DNA of 63,707 nucleotides, the filler included, from Olpidium bornovanus S191 (lineage: Eukaryota; Fungi; Olpidiomycota): assembly GCA_017911155.1 (NCBI GenBank). It is 34 parts of 34 records of this genome, joined end to end, with 100 filler letters (N's around TTAATTAATTAA, not from the genome) between each part and the next. Parts side by side here need not be neighbours in the genome. Positions count along the whole stretch, not along the records: positions 59,437 to 61,196 come from JAEFCI010000598.1; positions 61,297 to 62,531 come from JAEFCI010012043.1; positions 62,632 to 63,707 come from JAEFCI010008270.1; 31 more parts are not named here. One strand, 5' to 3'. The translations under genes and the position numbers were made by a program. The notes under the pieces are model-generated. The model was not told where the DNA came from and made no database searches. It saw nothing but the letters and a program-made list of their open reading frames with translations. This document shows, piece after piece, positions 59,437 to 63,707 of this stretch. Each line of letters opens with the position of its first letter. Within the stretch, counting starts at the first letter, position 1.

Positions 59437-59760
59437 CACCGTGCAGTCGAAGACGAGGTGAGTGAGCTCGCGCGGCAAATGAGTGCGTTGCGTTTGGATT
59501 TGAATCGCGTGCTTGTAAACGGGGGTGCAATCGAGCGGGCAAGGGCTGGCCCGACTGCCCACGCAAGATTTATGCATCTGGTGTGACGTGACTGGGCACC
59601 GCCGCCACCAGTGCCAAAACTTTGAGGCGGGGATACACGCTGGCGCAGTTAAGCTCGTCGATGGGAGGATCTGCCAATGGGAGCGTCCTTGGAACCCGGT
59701 TCGGGCGAGGAGGGATCCGAGAGACAGTGCGTGAGGAGCAAGGCTACGCGTCCCTAGGGC
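59437..59760 (+). mobile_element. Ty3/gypsy-like gag C-terminal remnant with Zn knuckle, two frameshifts
   Basis: VEDEVSELARQMSALRL / CIWCDVTGHRRHQC..GAVKLVDGRI / NGSVLGTRFGRGGIRETV. Confidence 0.65.
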
Positions 59761-61296
59761 CCCGGGGCTCGGGGTCGACGAATCCCCCTGCTGTCCGTGG
59801 ATTCGTGATGCGGGCCCACCATGACTGGCACGACAATCAATTACCGGGGAATGGTCTGAGAAACTCTTCGAGAGGTTCTTCAAGCTCGTCTTCGAATGTG
59901 TGTGATTGGTGGCTCGCAGAGTCGCGGTCTGAGGCCTGGGACGCCTCGGCTTGGACGCCCGCAAACACTGCGTGCATCGCCGGATGTCGGGTCACCTGCG
60001 CGCACATGGACGCGAGCTTTTGGGGAAATAGGTGGGCAGTTGGGAACAGGTGGTGCCGGGCCTTGTGGAAAGTTGTTGTTCCAGCTTTCGCACTCGAAAC
60101 TCCAAAACTCAGCCTCTAAATTCCAATTCTCCCGAGCGTCCTCTTTGTCTTTTTTTCTCTTCCTCTCTCCTACTCATTCTGGGGTTCGTTCGCTCTACAA
60201 CTCTAACGTTACTCGAGGACGCGTTCGTTCTATTCTGCGAGAATTTTTGCCGCGCGTGGGCGTTCAGGGGGGGGTCGTTCCAGAAATTTTTGGAGGGCGG
60301 GGCGGAAGAAAGAAATTCTTTTTGGGGGGGACCATACGCGTCTTGAGTCATAACACGTAATCCTTCTTTTTCCGCAGCCTTGCTACCAGCCCAATCTTTT
60401 ATCGGTAGTCTCCTTGAGCTTTTCGCTTCACAACAGCCGCCCCCCCGGGACTGACGAGCTTGTTTCGCCAGTCACGGTGCATCACGTGGCTGACAGCTCT
60501 TTTGGTTTTTAACGAGTCGGATCTGGCTCCACCAACGCCACTCGCCCCACGCCGTTACCACACCACACTTCAGTTTCCCCCGCGTCCACCCGTCCACCCA
60601 GCCACGATGTCGCCCTCTGCGTCCGCTGCTCCTGCGTCCGCCCCGGTCCTGTTTGGCGGGAGTCGTCTCGACGCCAGCACCCGTCGGATCTACACGGCTA
60701 TCTGGGCGCACCGGTTGCGCGATTCCCGCAGCTTGCTTGCTGCCGCGGCTGCATGCGTCGCCGATCGGCCAACACCGAAACGCCAATGCACTTTACGTGG
60801 ACGCATGATTCGCTTTATCCATTACGCGTGGAGGTTTCGCGCCGTCCATGAGGACGGAAGCACCTAAGCATGCGTTGCCCTTCTCCAGTCAGTCCCGATC
60901 CTTCCTTCGTAATGCAACCCCACTTTGGCAAATAACCTCGCGTTTGATTTCTTGCAGACTTCGCCGTTCCATGATCGAGGCGTTCCTTCAGGTCATGAAT
61001 TGGCCAGCCACCTTTTGGCTGCCCGCGGATCCCCGCGACCTGGAATTCCTGTTCCTGCCGTCAGACACGCAATACTGTGGTCCTGGTGGCCCTGAGGATT
61101 GCGACTATGATCCGCGTCCCGCCCCCATCGCCGATGACAGTTATATTCAGGTCCGCGTTCTCATGCGCCCGGTTTCCCTGCCACAACCAGACGCCGNNNN
61201 NNNNNNNNNNNNNNNNNNNNNNNNNNNNNNNNNNNNNNNNTTAATTAATTAANNNNNNNNNNNNNNNNNNNNNNNNNNNNNNNNNNNNNNNNNNNN

Positions 61297-62531
61297 AGTC
61301 CGGGAGAGGTTGTGGTTTGGCGGGTAGTTCTTCGGCACGCTTTTTCCCTCGTCGCTGACATACATCACAAGTACGAACGTAATTTCGGACGTCCTCTTCG
61401 ACGCCCGGCCAGAAGTAACGAGCACGAACACGGATAAGGGACGTCTCGTTGGCGTAGTGTCTATGTCGGTCATGGAGTTCTTCGAGAATAGCTTCTTTCT
61501 TGCGATCATCGCATCCGAGGAGCACGCGGCGCGGCCAGTCCGGCGCGCGCTTGTGTAGCAGGCCGCCTACGAGGAGAAAACGCGCAAGTTGCCAACGCAA
61601 ATGCGGGGAAAGAGAGGAGGGGTCCTCGTGCTCGAGAGCGTGACCGATGGTGACTAGATTGGCGTCCGCGGGGTGAAACTTTGGTGAGATCCGATGCGGG
61701 GACACTCGTCCGGGCGGCAACGTCCCTCGCGCGGCAACTCGGACCGCAAGTACCGGCCAACGAGGGCTCCCGACAGCAACACGATTGTCTGTGTATCCAG
61801 GTAGAAACAAATCAAAATCCCGCGGCAAGGCGACGGGGTGGTCAATAGCATGGGCCGCCATGGCGGGAAACCAGTCTGCCGTCGTCCAGACGGGAATCAG
61901 GAGCGTGATCCTTGCGTCGTCAGACTTGACCTTGTTCAGGATGCGCCAGAACGTGGCGGACTCGAAAGAAGGGTTGGCCCATCCGTTTTCACCAGTTGAG
62001 AGAGAAGGCGTCTGTAGCGACGGCGTCGGCCTCCGGCTTGAGCGAGGCGTACCGGGGAAGCTGGTAGTTACGGGCAGACGCGAAAAAGTCGATAGTATGT
62101 GGACCCCAACGGGCATCCAAAGCTGCGAACCAGGCGGGGTGCAGCTTCCAATTTGTAGTGTGCAAACGTGAAGCGAGGAACGACGAAGCGTCGTCAGGGA
62201 GAGGGGGGCGATAGGCCACTGAAGAGACAAGAGGCTCCGGCATTGGAACAACACCTCCATCAGGGGGGCGAGGCCCGCCCCCGATGTCATCACTTAGCGG
62301 CAAAAGAACTTTGTCCTTGACTCGTTTCCGTGTCCTTCTTCGGAGGCGTCGTCGAGCGAGCGATCCGACATAAAACGATATGCCAAATGATATGACAACG
62401 CGGGCAAACGATCCAACGCGGCGCTGTTGTTGTTGAGGCCGCAAAGAACCTTGTCCTCGACGCCGTTGTCGAGCAAACGATCCAAACGATCCAACGCGGC
62501 GGCATCCAAATGATCCGACGCGGCGGCATGC
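61297..62531 (-). mobile_element. Retroelement pol fragment: DIRS-type methyltransferase-like domain fused to gypsy-type integrase Zn-binding domain
   Basis: WKLHPAWF..WGPHTIDFFASARNYQLPRY..DAFSLNW /frameshift near 61990/ GWANPSF..ILNKV..TLLIPVW..WFP, then in the same frame ILEELHD..H..RARYFWPGVEEDVRNYVRTCDVCQR. Confidence 0.85.
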
Positions 62532-62631
62532 NNNNNNNNNNNNNNNNNNNNNNNNNNNNNNNNNNNNNNNNNNNNTTAATTAATTAANNNNNNNNNNNNN
62601 NNNNNNNNNNNNNNNNNNNNNNNNNNNNNNN

Positions 62632-63641
62632 CCCTCGCGGTTCTAAGCTGGACCACGTACGGTCTGCCGCTGAGACGTACGTAGCCCCTGGTCAAACCGA
62701 AGGCCTCGCAGATTTGCCAAAAGGAGGGGGGCTGGCGGCCTCCCTCATCATGGACTTTGCTGCAACTCACAAACGACTCTCAAAGCGTTTGGATTTTCTC
62801 GTAACGTGCTTATACCGTTGTCCTCGGTATCCGGCGACTATCCGGCAACAGCTCAAAATGATGGGAAAACGCGCGTAGCAGGCCGGGAAAGTTTTGATCG
62901 TCGAGCCTTTCGACGACCGTCGCCGGTGGCGGACGTTGAGGGACGTACGTAGCACCTGACGCGTTCGAGTTTCCAGGCTACAGGCTACTGTGCATCGACT
63001 GCCTGACCCTTGGAGTCACGAGAGGTTTGCCAGGTTTGTAATCGGCTCCTCCTGAGACGAACGTAGCTCAACCTGTCGCCACAATCCACTTAAAACTGGC
63101 GGTGATCAAAGTGGGTATATTCCAAATGGAGTATGGCGCTTTTTAAGGAGATTACATTTACGAGGTGAAGTGCGGACGGCAGTCTATTGTCTCGTGCCGG
63201 GGTGCGGTTGAGGGCAGCCGCGGGGGAGCGGGGGAAGGGGGGAAAATGGCGGATAATTTGTGCAGAACGGTCGCCGGTGCTCCAAGGCTCCAAAGCTCCT
63301 GCGCTCAAACATCGCGAAGCAGATCACAGGCTCCTGCGCGCAAGAATCGCGAAACAGACAGGAGACGTTGTTTAGCCGAGAATACCTCCGATCTGGCGGG
63401 TAAATTAACCAGAACGACATCTGCCGCGAGCAACGGCGTCCCTCCCCACCTCGCCATTATGTCCTGTAAGCTCATCTTGGCCAGGGAATCCGCGTACTCC
63501 GCCACAGACATTTGCACCTGTATCTCGCCGGTCACGTCAGCAAACAGCTTCTCGTACGTGACCTCCGTTTCTTGCGACTATGCCGGTCGTTCGTTGGGGC
63601 GGAGAGCGCGGGAATCGACATTCACTTCCGGTTCTCTCTAA
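62632..63641 (-). CDS. Unassigned spliced hypothetical gene fragment
   Basis: Protein-like blocks (VTYEKLFADVTGEIQ..LQDIMARWGG; VVERLDDQNFPGLLRAFSHHF; FWQICEAFGLTRGYV) with plausible splice sites. Family not recognised. Confidence 0.3.
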
Positions 63642-63707
63642 ACACCAGCGTGGACACGAGAAACAAACATCTCCCAGTGTCTCGCCACTCGCGACTGCGA
63701 GGAAACC

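Larger units (their letters stand above)
1118..62631. other. 33 artificial contig spacers (N44-TTAATTAATTAA-N44) dividing the window into 34 contigs
   Basis: Identical 100-nt spacer each time (e.g. 1118-1217, 2413-2512, 62532-62631). TTAATTAATTAA gives stops in all six frames. Genes are truncated at spacers. Confidence 0.99.

Noticed and set aside
60460-61196. Possible F-box-like or orphan gene downstream of the gypsy gag
   Set aside because: Short protein-like blocks without a recognisable motif or consistent splicing.
1118-62631. Regularly recurring TTAATTAATTAA as a repeat array, CRISPR or regulatory motif
   Set aside because: It is always centred in N runs of fixed length: an artificial six-frame-stop linker. 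No CRISPR repeat-spacer structure exists in the window.
36920-63560. TAG reassignment (in-frame TAG at 37106, 44206 and ~63570)
   Set aside because: GCN1 (42509) and MTC1 (46506) end in TAG at natural C-termini, and no conserved domain here contains an internal TAG.
1-63707. A gene cluster joining the UGT, monooxygenase, fucosyltransferase and secreted proteins
   Set aside because: They lie on different contigs; order across spacers is arbitrary.
1-63707. rRNA, tRNA or prokaryotic operons
   Set aside because: None recognised. The only tRNA-related sequences are the retroelement primer-binding sites.

Overview
This is not one locus. It is 34 short contigs (~1-4 kb) of a fragmented eukaryotic assembly, joined by 33 artificial 100-nt spacers (N44-TTAATTAATTAA-N44), so adjacency across spacers means nothing. 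The DNA is GC-rich in exons and intron-dense, with long homopolymer tracts in introns. It encodes fungal-type housekeeping genes (CNB1, FOX2, UTP20, MCR1, RRP6, NAB2, PRS1, VPS2, SEC63, PNS1, STE14, GCN1, MTC1, MRN1) plus a CC2D2A/CEP76-family centriole/transition-zone protein. Together these point to a zoosporic early-diverging fungus; Olpidium-like is my inference, not verified. Mobile-element debris is abundant: Ty5/copia-type elements with half-tRNAiMet primer sites, a triple nest, a gypsy gag and a DNA transposase. The best candidates for new biology are: (1) an intronless UDP-glycosyltransferase with a near-canonical plant PSPG box inside fungal-type DNA (18243-19817), a candidate plant-to-fungus transfer; (2) a spliced AEP primase plus Zn-finger gene unlike canonical PrimPol, surrounded by repeated GGTATCGATAC palindromes, GAA-loop hairpins and oppositely oriented TTAGGG repeats (55708-57693), a candidate self-priming mobile or viral element; (3) a retroelement pol in which a DIRS-type adenine-methyltransferase-like domain is fused in frame to a gypsy-type integrase HHCC domain (61297-62531); (4) a Kex2-processed secreted cationic peptide (26110-26499); (5) a GT37-like fucosyltransferase. 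All family assignments come from motif recognition by eye; no searches were run.
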